Shown in pieces: positions 7,932 to 16,563 of a stretch of 60,381 nt of DNA. The number at the start of each line of letters is the position of its first letter. The stretch's first letter is position 1. The DNA lies in NCBI GenBank assembly GCA_001783515.1, contig MFMN01000004.1, forward strand, positions 1-60,381. The letters run 5' to 3'. Below the pieces are notes generated by a model. That model saw only the letters and a list, made by a program, of their open reading frames with translations, had not been told where the DNA came from and did not search any database. A program made the position numbers and the translations under genes. This DNA comes from Candidatus Kaiserbacteria bacterium RIFCSPLOWO2_12_FULL_50_10 (GTDB lineage: Bacteria; Patescibacteriota; Minisyncoccia; Phycocordibacterales; UBA918).

Positions 7932-9827
7932 ATGGCTGAGAAACAATTTGATATCAAAGAAGGAGGCGTCGATGCAGCGCGCGCGCGTTTGTATGAACGA
8001 GAAACACCGCAGGCAAGCGCGCCACTCGAGCGTTATACCCATGAAAAGTATAAGGTAGATGCAGAGGCGGCAAGGGCAGGTGATTGGGAAATCACGGAAG
8101 AAGCGCCTGTCGTAGAAGTGCCGGCTCCTGCAGCGCAGGAAGTTCGAGTGCCGAAGCGTTCATATCGTGTACTTGCGCTCACGTTTGGTGTTGTCTTTTT
8201 TGTGCTCTCGTCGGCAATCGCGGCACTGTATCTTGTGTTCGGAAACCAAGACATTTCAGGAAGCAACATTCGTATTTCGGTAGACGCACCGTATGCGGTC
8301 GGCGGCGGCAGCGAAGCGGCGATTGTGGTGTCGGTAACCAACCAAAATGAGACGCCGATTACTGATGTGCAGCTTATCGTTGAGTATCCCCAGGGCACAG
8401 AAATCGACGGCGAGCGTTCGCGAGAACTTGTGGTGAAGCGGTATGCTATGCAGACCGTGCAGAGCGGGGAAACCGTCAATACAAAACTGAACCCGCGAAT
8501 TTTCGGTGAAGAAAATGAAGGGAAAGACATTCGTGTGTCTGTCGAATATCGAGTCGAGGGTTCTGCGGCAACGTTTTATCGAGAAAGCGATCCGGTCCGT
8601 GTGCTCATTAGCTCGTCGCCAGTTTCGATTGTGCTCGACTCGGTAACCTCAATTACCGCCGGGCAAGAATACGTGCTCACGGCAACGCTTATTTCCAACA
8701 GCGACGCCGACCTTGAAGACCTCATCGTGCAAGCAAACTACCCGCGCACCTTTGAGGTAAAACTCACCGAGCCTGCAGCGATAGCAGGGCGCAATACGTG
8801 GCGCATTGAAAAGCTTGCGCCAGGAGAAGAAGCAAAAATAACTATCGTGGGTATCCTTTCCGGCGAGCGCGAAACGATTCAGGCGATCGATATTTCAGTC
8901 GGGCTCGCAAGTAAAGTTGACACGACGAAGCTCGCCTCAACACTTTCGACCGCACGAACCGAAGTGCTTATCGAAGCGCCGTTCCTTAACGTTACCCTTA
9001 CCGCTAACCGCGAAGATGCCGATACGGTCGCCTTTGCAATTGGGCAAGTGGTCCAAATGGAGGCGGTTATCACCAACACCCTCACGCAGCCGATTCACGA
9101 CATTGCCGTGCTCGCCAAAATTACAGGAACCGCAGCCGACCTTACCAAAGTGGATGCGGATACTGGCTACATAGATCTCGCCGGTGGTGTTATTACCTTT
9201 GATAAAGTTGAGGACAGTGCGCTTGCACGGCTTGACCCTGGCGCGTCGCACAAAATCAATTTCAACTTCACGCCGAAGGCAGACGTGCGTACTCCCGAGG
9301 CACTCGTCACCCTCGACGTTGCGGCAGCACGAAGCGACGCGGTGGGTGCGGCACGCGACATTTCCGCAGCAAAGCAGGTGACGATTCGGTTCATTTCGGC
9401 AATGTCGGCGTTCTCTGTTTCTGAACATGTGGGCGGTTCGTATCCGCCGCATGTCGGAAAGACGACCGAGTACCGTGCACTTATCTCGATACAAGGCGGC
9501 GGCAATGAGGTCAAAGATGCGGTCTTTACCGCTACGGTGCCACGTGGCGTCATAGTAGGAGCACTCCCCGCAGGCGTTTCGTTTAACGAAAGTTCGCGAA
9601 CGCTCACGTGGACAATTGGTAGCGTTGCGCCCAATGAGCCAAAGACGATTACCGTGCCGCTCTCGCATACGCCAACGGTGCTTGAGGTCGGCACTCGTCC
9701 TGCGCTCATGCAGTCGCAAACGCTCATGGGTATCGACCGCTTCACGCAGCAAAAAGTAACCATGACGCTCAGTACGCTTACTACCGCAACCGGCGACGAT
9801 GCTGGTTCTGGAGAAGTCGAGCGATAG
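7932..9827 (+). CDS. Type II membrane-anchored protein with repeated beta-sandwich-like extracellular segments, unknown function
   Basis: 631 aa with a single TM (VLALTFGVVFFVLSSAIAALYLVF) about 85 aa in, followed by V/T/S-rich beta-type sequence. Confidence 0.8.
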   Translation: MAEKQFDIKEGGVDAARARLYERETPQASAPLERYTHEKYKVDAEAARAGDWEITEEAPVVEVPAPAAQEVRVPKRSYRVLALTFGVVFFVLSSAIAALYLVFGNQDISGSNIRISVDAPYAVGGGSEAAIVVSVTNQNETPITDVQLIVEYPQGTEIDGERSRELVVKRYAMQTVQSGETVNTKLNPRIFGEENEGKDIRVSVEYRVEGSAATFYRESDPVRVLISSSPVSIVLDSVTSITAGQEYVLTATLISNSDADLEDLIVQANYPRTFEVKLTEPAAIAGRNTWRIEKLAPGEEAKITIVGILSGERETIQAIDISVGLASKVDTTKLASTLSTARTEVLIEAPFLNVTLTANREDADTVAFAIGQVVQMEAVITNTLTQPIHDIAVLAKITGTAADLTKVDADTGYIDLAGGVITFDKVEDSALARLDPGASHKINFNFTPKADVRTPEALVTLDVAAARSDAVGAARDISAAKQVTIRFISAMSAFSVSEHVGGSYPPHVGKTTEYRALISIQGGGNEVKDAVFTATVPRGVIVGALPAGVSFNESSRTLTWTIGSVAPNEPKTITVPLSHTPTVLEVGTRPALMQSQTLMGIDRFTQQKVTMTLSTLTTATGDDAGSGEVER

Positions 9828-9838
9828 ACGACAAGAAA

Positions 9839-9865
9839 GAGACGCCCGTCGGGGCGCCTCTTTTT
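9839..9865 (+). terminator. Intrinsic terminator
   Basis: gagacgccc-gtcg-gggcgcctc followed by ttttt. Confidence 0.7.
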
Positions 9866-9885
9866 GCGTTTTGATGCCAGGTATG

Positions 9886-9891
9886 TATAAT
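9886..9891 (+). promoter_or_regulatory. -10 box TATAAT, 6 nt before glyQS ATG (leaderless)
   Basis: tgTATAATcgccctATG. Confidence 0.55.
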
Positions 9892-9897
9892 CGCCCT

Positions 9898-11274
9898 ATG
9901 AAATACGATGCACAGACAATGGAGAAATTGGTCGCGCTTGCGAAGCGTCGAGGCTTTATGTATGCGGGTTCTGAAATCTACGGCGGACTCGCAGGTGCAT
10001 GGGACTACGGACCGCTTGGCGTCATGCTTAAGAACAACATCACGCAAACGTGGTGGAAGCAGTTCGTGACCGATCGAGAAGATATGTATGGCGTCGACGC
10101 TGCGATTTTGATGAATCCACGCGCATGGGTCGCCTCAGGACACGTTGCAGGATTTTCTGACCCGCTTGTCGAAGACCTCAAAACGCAGAAGCGCTACCGC
10201 GCCGACCACCTACTTGAAGAAGCGGGTGTGGTTGTGACGGGTATGAGTATTTCTGACATGGATACCGCAATTAAGGAGAAGGGAATCAAGAGCCCCGAAG
10301 GGAATCCGCTTGGAGAGGTTCGTCAGTTCAATATGATGCTCAAGACCTCTGTTGGTGCGATCGAAGATTCTTCGTCAGTTATTTACCTCCGTCCGGAAAC
10401 TGCGGGTGGTATGTTCGTGAACTTCAAAAACATTGTCGACACCATGGCGCCGAAAATGCCCTTCGGCCTCGCGCAGATTGGTAAGGCATTCCGTAATGAA
10501 ATTGCGCCGCGCGACTTTATTTTCCGAGTACGCGAACTTGAGCAGATGGAAGTTGAATACTTCGTGCATCCGTCTGACTGGGAGCGTGCCTTTGAAGAGT
10601 GGCGTCTGCAGATGCTCAAGTATATGGATGCCATCGGACTTCCGCGTGACATGGTGCATGAGCTTGAAGTTGCAGCGGAAGACCGCGCACATTATTCAAA
10701 GCGCACCATCGACTTTGAATTCGAGTTCCCCTTTGGATGCAAAGAACTCTACGGGCTCGCATACCGCACCGACTTCGACCTCCAGGCACACGCAGGCGAA
10801 TCGAAGCAGTCGCTCACGTACTTTGATGAAGCGACAAAAGAGCGTTTCGTGCCGCATGTTATCGAGCCATCACTTGGTGTCGGACGCACCATGCTTGCCG
10901 TGCTTGCGTCGGCATACCATGAAGAAGAAATGGATGGCGAAGCCCGTGTTGTTCTCAAACTCGCGAAAGATATCGCACCATACCGTGCGTGCGTCTCGCC
11001 GCTTCTTAAAAACAAACCAGAGCTCGTCGCAAAGTCTCGTGAAGTCTACACCGCACTCAAAAAGCAGTTCGGCAACATTGCCTTCGACGATAACGGCAAC
11101 ATCGGCAAGCGCTATCGTCGTCAGGACGAAATCGGTACGCCGTTCTGTATCGTTATCGACTTCGATACGCTTGGTGAAAACCCTGCAAACCTCGACACCG
11201 TCACCGTCCGCAACCGCGACACGGGCGCACAGGAACGTATCAAGATTTCAGAACTTGCAAACTATATTGCGTAG
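9898..11274 (+). CDS. glyQS: Glycine--tRNA ligase (class II, homodimeric GlyQS type)
   Basis: 458 aa from ATG 9898 with RGFMYAGSEIYGGLAGAWDYGPLG, FRNEIAPRDFIFRVREL and a C-terminal anticodon-binding domain. Confidence 0.92.
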   Translation: MKYDAQTMEKLVALAKRRGFMYAGSEIYGGLAGAWDYGPLGVMLKNNITQTWWKQFVTDREDMYGVDAAILMNPRAWVASGHVAGFSDPLVEDLKTQKRYRADHLLEEAGVVVTGMSISDMDTAIKEKGIKSPEGNPLGEVRQFNMMLKTSVGAIEDSSSVIYLRPETAGGMFVNFKNIVDTMAPKMPFGLAQIGKAFRNEIAPRDFIFRVRELEQMEVEYFVHPSDWERAFEEWRLQMLKYMDAIGLPRDMVHELEVAAEDRAHYSKRTIDFEFEFPFGCKELYGLAYRTDFDLQAHAGESKQSLTYFDEATKERFVPHVIEPSLGVGRTMLAVLASAYHEEEMDGEARVVLKLAKDIAPYRACVSPLLKNKPELVAKSREVYTALKKQFGNIAFDDNGNIGKRYRRQDEIGTPFCIVIDFDTLGENPANLDTVTVRNRDTGAQERIKISELANYIA

Positions 11275-11285
11275 CCCTCAAGCTT

Positions 11286-11355
11286 GTCATCCTCGGGATT
11301 CATGAAAGCAAGGAGGCTTTGCCGACTATGCTTTCAAAATACCCGGGGATCCAGG
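11286..11355 (-). mobile_element. Family C short MITE-like element (inverted orientation)
   Basis: gtcatcctcggg...ggggatccagg is the reverse complement of the cctggatccccgg...cccgaggatgac pattern. Confidence 0.75.
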
Positions 11356-11376
11356 CATGAGAACACTGCTCACCAT

Positions 11377-11493
11377 CCTGGATCCCCGGGCATTTGAAAA
11401 CAATATTCCTTCGGGTTCTTGAAAATATATTCGGCAAAGCCTCATTATTTTCATAGCCCCGGAGTCATTTGTTTCCTAAATCCCGAGGATGAC
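11377..11493 (+). mobile_element. Family C element with a second C-type core nested in its loop
   Basis: The outer element reads cctggatccccgggcatttgaaaacaatattc...tcatttgtttcctaaatcccgaggatgac. The inner piece gttcttgaaaatata...ttttcatagccccggag resembles the core of the copy at 27933. Confidence 0.7.
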
Positions 11494-11526
11494 TCTCCCT
11501 AGAGTGTACTGAAATAAATTAACTTT

Positions 11527-12924
11527 ATGAAAAACATCTACATCACCACCACACTTCCGTACGTGAACGCGGATCCGCACATCGGCTTTGGGCTTGAGAT
11601 TATTCGTGCGGACGCACTCGCTCGTGCGCATAGGCTTTCAGGTGACAGCGTATTTTTCACAACAGGCACCGACGAGCACGGGCAAAAGATTGCAGAGAAG
11701 GCAGATGCAGAAGGGAAAGGACGTCAGGAATATGTCGATTACTTCGCGGGGCAATTTGCAAAACTACGCGATGCGCTCGACCTTTCCTACGACAACTTCA
11801 TTCGTACTACATCGCCTGCACATAAAGCTGCCGCACAAGAAATGTGGAAGCGCTGCGCAGCAAACGGCGACATCTACAAGAAGAAATACACCGGACTCTA
11901 CTGCGTTGGTGATGAAATGTTCCTCAAAGACAGCGACCTCGTAAACGGTCGTTGCCCGAATCATCCCAACATGGATCCTCAGGAAGTCGAAGAAGAGAAT
12001 TACTTCTTTGCACTTTCGAAGTACCAGAACTACCTTGAAGAATACCTCGCGAAGCCTGGCGTTATTGAGCCAGAGTTCCGCCGCCTTGAAGCACTAAACT
12101 TTGTAAAAGCAGGACTCGAGGACTTCTCAATCTCACGCGAAGTTTCTCGCATGGATTGGGGGATTCCTGTTCCTGGCGACGACACGCAGGTTATGTACGT
12201 CTGGTTTGATGCGCTCACCAACTACATTTCAACTCTCGGTTGGCCAGAAGAAGGCGGCAACTTTAAAAAGTTTTGGATAGACGGCGAAACGCTCCAGCTT
12301 GCCGGTAAAGACCAAGTCCGCTTCCAGTCAATCATGTGGCAAGCAATGCTCAAGTCTGCAGGACTCCCCGCAACCGACCATGTCGACTATCACGGCTTCA
12401 TTAATAGTGGTGGACAAAAAATGTCAAAGTCACTCGGTAACGTTATTGCGCCGTTTGACCTCGTAGAGAAATACGGCACCGACGCAACGCGCTATATGCT
12501 CTTGCGTCACGTACATCCGTACGACGATACCGACATTACGTGGGAGCGTATGGACGAGTGGTACACGGCGAACCTCGTGAATGGTCTCGGCAATCTTGCC
12601 TCACGTATTATGAAAATGGCAGAGACACATGGTGTTGCACCAGCGCTTCCTCAAGTTTCACTTGAGGCGAATGACTTCCTCGACCTTGAAAAAGTATGGC
12701 ATACCATCAGCATGCTCGATGAAAAAATCGCTACCGAAGAGCCATTTAAAGTCATCAAAGTTGATGCAGAAAAAGGCAAAGCAATCATCGCAGAGCTCGT
12801 CATTGCACTTCACAAAGTCGCTCTGTCGCTCCAGGCGGCAACGCCGAAAACCGCAGCGGCAATCCTCAGCGCAATCAACACAAACACAAAACCAGAAAAT
12901 CTCTTCCCAAGACTTCCTGCGTAA
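11527..12924 (+). CDS. metG: Methionine--tRNA ligase (short form)
   Basis: 465 aa with a HIGH-type motif (ADPHIGF), KMSKS (KMSKSLGN) and TTTLPYVNADPHIG. Confidence 0.92.
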   Translation: MKNIYITTTLPYVNADPHIGFGLEIIRADALARAHRLSGDSVFFTTGTDEHGQKIAEKADAEGKGRQEYVDYFAGQFAKLRDALDLSYDNFIRTTSPAHKAAAQEMWKRCAANGDIYKKKYTGLYCVGDEMFLKDSDLVNGRCPNHPNMDPQEVEEENYFFALSKYQNYLEEYLAKPGVIEPEFRRLEALNFVKAGLEDFSISREVSRMDWGIPVPGDDTQVMYVWFDALTNYISTLGWPEEGGNFKKFWIDGETLQLAGKDQVRFQSIMWQAMLKSAGLPATDHVDYHGFINSGGQKMSKSLGNVIAPFDLVEKYGTDATRYMLLRHVHPYDDTDITWERMDEWYTANLVNGLGNLASRIMKMAETHGVAPALPQVSLEANDFLDLEKVWHTISMLDEKIATEEPFKVIKVDAEKGKAIIAELVIALHKVALSLQAATPKTAAAILSAINTNTKPENLFPRLPA

Positions 12925-12926
12925 CA

Positions 12927-12965
12927 AAAACTCTCGCATCTGTATGGTGCGAGAGTTTTATTTAT
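12927..12965 (+). terminator. Intrinsic terminator after metG
   Basis: aaaactctcgca-tctgtatgg-tgcgagagtttt followed by atttat. Confidence 0.8.
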
Positions 12966-13054
12966 CTGCAGTGTTGCAGAACACCACTAGCTCTGCTAGT
13001 GGATGAATGCAACCAAAAAATTAGTGCCGCCGGCGGGCGGCGCATGCATGCAGT

Positions 13055-13118
13055 AAACTCCCCGGTACCGCACGGAGTTGGGCGGGGGATACCCCGCACA
13101 ACTCCGTGCGGGGAGTTT
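13055..13118. terminator. Long bulged hairpin abutting the stop of the minus-strand gene
   Basis: aaactcccc(ggtac)cgcacggagttg...caactccgtgcg-gggagttt; about 21 bp of stem and only a short T tract. Confidence 0.45.
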
Positions 13119-13528
13119 CATGCCTGTTCGCGCGCTTTTTCTAGTTTTCTCTTAAGACTGAATTGGGTCGCAAAATTCAGCCGTGCTGATGCTTTTCGTG
13201 TTTCATCACCTGATTCAGCCGCAGCGGCAAGTTCCTTTGCTGCAGCCTCGTAGAGTGTCTTTGCTTCCAGCTCTATTTGTTTTCGATGCTCAGCCTCAGC
13301 AATTGCCTTTTTTCGCTGCTCAAGAGCAACACGAACGCTCTCGGTCGGTTCAAGAGGAGGGAGTTCTTTGACTGGCTCAGCCTTCTTTGAAGGACCAAGT
13401 TTGCGAAGAATTTCCTCACGCTCAGCATCGGTATACGGCTTCGAAACTGGCGGCATTGTCTCATGCCACTCTCGTTCCTTGTGTCTCATCTGTCCAGGGC
13501 GACCATTGGGTGCTAATTCAAAACTCAT
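13118..13528 (-). CDS. Charged coiled-coil protein, unknown function
   Basis: 136 aa from ATG 13528, K/E/A-rich, with a TATACT-N6-ATG start context. Confidence 0.6.
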   Translation of the reverse strand: MSFELAPNGRPGQMRHKEREWHETMPPVSKPYTDAEREEILRKLGPSKKAEPVKELPPLEPTESVRVALEQRKKAIAEAEHRKQIELEAKTLYEAAAKELAAAAESGDETRKASARLNFATQFSLKRKLEKAREQA

Positions 13529-13534
13529 ACAAAA

Positions 13535-13540
13535 AGTATA
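13535..13540 (-). promoter_or_regulatory. -10 box TATACT, 6 nt before ATG 13528 (leaderless)
   Basis: Minus strand reads cggTATACTttttgtATG. Confidence 0.5.
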
Positions 13541-13603
13541 CCGTAGTGTCAAAAAATTACCATGTGCATAACTACAAACATTGTGATATATTCAGCAAAA
13601 CGT

Positions 13604-16408
13604 ATGCACAAGAAATTTGACCATATCGCCATTGAAAAGAAGTGGCAAAAGTCGTGGAAAGACGCGAATTTGTACGCAGTTGGGAAGCGCGATCCGCAGA
13701 AAGAGAAACGGTATCTTCTCGTCGAACTTCCGTATCCATCGGGCGATTTGCACATTGGGCACTGGCACGCATTTGGCGTGCCCGACATTCTCGTGCGCCA
13801 CGAGCGTATGCAGGGCAAACAGGTGCTCTTCCCGCTCGGCTTCGATGCATTTGGTATGCCGGCTGAAAACGCGGCAATCAAGCGCGGACTCGACCCAAAG
13901 GAATGGACGTACAAAAACATGGACACGATGCGCGCACAGCTCGACCAAATGGGAAATGCGTTTTCGACCGACATGACCACCAATACTACCGACCCTGAAT
14001 ACTTCAAGTGGACACAGTGGATGTTCGGTGAATTCTTCAAAAAGGGAATCGCCTACCGTGGTGAAGGCGTGGTGAACTGGTGTCCACACGACCATACTAT
14101 TCTCGCGAATGAACAAGTGCAGAGTGACGATACGTGTGAGCGTTGTGGTACCAAAATCGAAAAGCGCACCATGGCAAGTTGGAAGCTTGCGATTACCAAG
14201 TATGCTGACCGTCTTATTGACGACCTCGACACAGTAGAGTGGCCACAGTATATCAAAGAGCTTCAGCGAAATTGGATTGGACGCTCAAAGGGAGCTGAGG
14301 TTCCGTTTGCACTCTCAGCAGGTGAAAGAGTGACCGTATTTACCACTCGTCCTGACACGCTCTATGGAGTTTCTTTCCTCGTGCTTGCACCGGAACATCC
14401 GCTCCTCACAGCTCTTCCGTGCACAAATAAGAAAGAAGTGCAAAAGTATATTGACGAAGCAACGCAAAAAGACGAAGTTGACCGCCTGAACGCCAATAAA
14501 GAAAAAACCGGCGTAAAACTCGAAGGGGTCAACGCAATCCACCCGCTCACAGGTGAAGCAGTGCCAGTATTCGTCGCTGACTACGTTCTCGGCAACTACG
14601 GCACCGGCGCCGTCATGGGCGTACCTGCACACGATGAACGTGATAATGCATTTGCGAAGAAATACGCCCTTGCTATTACCCCCGTTATTTCTCCAATAAC
14701 AGGTGTGCCACAGGAGAACCCTGAACACCGAAAGAGCATTGTAGCGATTGTCTATAATCCACGTACCGACACGTACATGACCATTAATTGGAAAGAGCAG
14801 CAGCAAACGCTCTTTATCGGTGGCGGTATCGAAGAAGGCGAAGATATAATTGCTACTGCGATACGCGAAATACAAGAAGAAACGCAATGTACGAACGTAG
14901 TGTATAAGGCGCAGACAATGCCGATTCATCATCATTATTTTGCATATGCAAAGAATGTTGCACGAGAAATCGATGCAGTTGGACTTCTCTTTGAACTTGC
15001 GGATGATGAAGAGACGTCAACACAGCTTGATGCTGCGGAAGAAGGAAAGTTTGAAGCGGTATGGAAAGATGCAAAAACCATTGAACGCGAAGTTGTGGAT
15101 GAGCTCCATCGAACCGTCTGGGATATGCTTGTATGCGGTAAGGTACATGCAGGTGCGGGCACTTTGATTAACTCGGGTGAGCATAACGGACTTTCGAGCG
15201 AAAATGCGAAAGCGGCAATCGTACAGGCTGCCGGAGGAAAAGAAACAAGCACGTACCGCTTACGCGATTGGTCTATTGGTCGTCAGCGCTATTGGGGTGT
15301 GCCGGTACCGATTGTGTATTCTCCAGAAGGAGTCGCGCATGAAGTGCCGCTCGAGCACTTGCCGTGGGAGCTTCCGACAGATGTTGATTTCCGTCCGACA
15401 GGTGAAGCACCGCTTGCGAAGTCACAGGAGCTTCGTGACCGCGTGACGAAGATTTTTGGTGAAGGATGGACGCCCGAAGTTGAAACGATGGATACCTTTG
15501 TGGACTCATCATGGTACTTCTTGCGCTATTTTGATGCACAAAACGGCGAAGCGCCGTCATCGCTCGCGGCACAAAAAGATTGGATGCCGGTTGACCTCTA
15601 CATGGGCGGCTCAGAACACACCACACTTCACCTCCTCTACTCACGCTTCTGGCAGAAGGTGCTCTTCGATATGGGGCTCGCGCAAGACAATGAGCCGTAT
15701 CGTCGTCGTATTAACCGCGGACTCATTCTCGGCCCCGATGGACAAAAGATGAGTAAGTCAAAAGGGAACGTGGTGAACCCTGATGAACATGTGCAGCGTG
15801 TGGGTGCTGATACGGTAAAGATGTATCTTGCGTTTATGGGTAACTATGGCGAAGCAGCCAACTACCCGTTTGACCTTGGTGGTATTGCGGGCATTCGCCG
15901 CTTTCTCGAGCGAGTCAATGGGCTCCGTGAACATGTACAAGAGGTGGAATCAAAAGACGTTACTCGACTTCTTCACAAAACCATTGCAAAAGTTTCGGAA
16001 GACATTCTCGAACTCAAATTCAATACCGCAATTTCTGCGCTCATGATATTTGTGAATGCAGTTGAAAAAGATGGCATATCACCGGAGTCATACGAGACAT
16101 TCCTTAAACTCATGGCGCCGTTTGCGCCGCATCTTACGGAAGAACTTTGGCATGAGCTCGGTAAAGACAGCTTCATTCATGCTGAGTCATTCCCGAAAGC
16201 TGATGCAACGCTCGCAAAAGACGATATGGTCACTATCGGTGTCCAGGTAGAAGGGAAGCGCCGTGGCGATATTACGATTGCGCCGGATGCGACAGAAGAA
16301 GAAGCGGTTGCTGCTGCACTCGGAAGTCCCGAAATTGCAAAATATGTGGAAGGCACTCCGAAGAAAGTAATCTACGTCGCCGGAAGAATTCTTAATATTA
16401 TCCCGTAG
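13604..16408 (+). CDS. leuS: Leucine--tRNA ligase with an extra Nudix-like insertion
   Basis: 934 aa from ATG 13604 with a HIGH-type motif (SGDLHIGH), a CP1 editing domain (TTRPDTLYG), KMSKS (KMSKSKGN) and RLRDWSIGRQRYWGVPVP. Confidence 0.93.
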   Translation: MHKKFDHIAIEKKWQKSWKDANLYAVGKRDPQKEKRYLLVELPYPSGDLHIGHWHAFGVPDILVRHERMQGKQVLFPLGFDAFGMPAENAAIKRGLDPKEWTYKNMDTMRAQLDQMGNAFSTDMTTNTTDPEYFKWTQWMFGEFFKKGIAYRGEGVVNWCPHDHTILANEQVQSDDTCERCGTKIEKRTMASWKLAITKYADRLIDDLDTVEWPQYIKELQRNWIGRSKGAEVPFALSAGERVTVFTTRPDTLYGVSFLVLAPEHPLLTALPCTNKKEVQKYIDEATQKDEVDRLNANKEKTGVKLEGVNAIHPLTGEAVPVFVADYVLGNYGTGAVMGVPAHDERDNAFAKKYALAITPVISPITGVPQENPEHRKSIVAIVYNPRTDTYMTINWKEQQQTLFIGGGIEEGEDIIATAIREIQEETQCTNVVYKAQTMPIHHHYFAYAKNVAREIDAVGLLFELADDEETSTQLDAAEEGKFEAVWKDAKTIEREVVDELHRTVWDMLVCGKVHAGAGTLINSGEHNGLSSENAKAAIVQAAGGKETSTYRLRDWSIGRQRYWGVPVPIVYSPEGVAHEVPLEHLPWELPTDVDFRPTGEAPLAKSQELRDRVTKIFGEGWTPEVETMDTFVDSSWYFLRYFDAQNGEAPSSLAAQKDWMPVDLYMGGSEHTTLHLLYSRFWQKVLFDMGLAQDNEPYRRRINRGLILGPDGQKMSKSKGNVVNPDEHVQRVGADTVKMYLAFMGNYGEAANYPFDLGGIAGIRRFLERVNGLREHVQEVESKDVTRLLHKTIAKVSEDILELKFNTAISALMIFVNAVEKDGISPESYETFLKLMAPFAPHLTEELWHELGKDSFIHAESFPKADATLAKDDMVTIGVQVEGKRRGDITIAPDATEEEAVAAALGSPEIAKYVEGTPKKVIYVAGRILNIIP
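14726..15145 (+). other. Nudix-box domain inserted in LeuRS (~140 aa)
   Basis: GGGIEEGEDIIATAIREIQEETQ fits the Nudix box Gx5Ex7REUxEExGU except for Q in place of the last G. It lies between VPAHDERDNAFAKKYALAITPVI and LINSGEHNGL, where E. coli LeuRS has only about 20 aa. Confidence 0.7.
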
Positions 16409-16418
16409 GAAGTATCCA

Positions 16419-16552
16419 GTCTGGATCCTTCCAGGATGACAAAAGTGACGAGTGTCGACATAGTGAGACGAGTAGTTAAATCCATGTTGATTTATGTATT
16501 TGTTTATCCAGAACATTACGTCTTGCTTTTGTCATCCAGAAGGGATCCAGAC
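16419..16552. mobile_element. Family B MITE-like element, copy B1 (leuS-ftsW spacer)
   Basis: Left end gtctggatccttccaggatgacaaaagtgacg; the right end reverse-complements to gtctggatcccttctggatgacaaaagcaagacg. Confidence 0.8.
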
Positions 16553-16563
16553 GTTAGAGCGCT

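Noticed and set aside
9828-13603. T-box leaders upstream of the glyQS, metG and leuS synthetase genes
   Set aside because: glyQS appears leaderless, the metG upstream region is filled by family C elements, and leuS has under 80 nt of spacer. I saw no specifier-loop or T-box (AGGGUGGNACCGCG-like) sequence.
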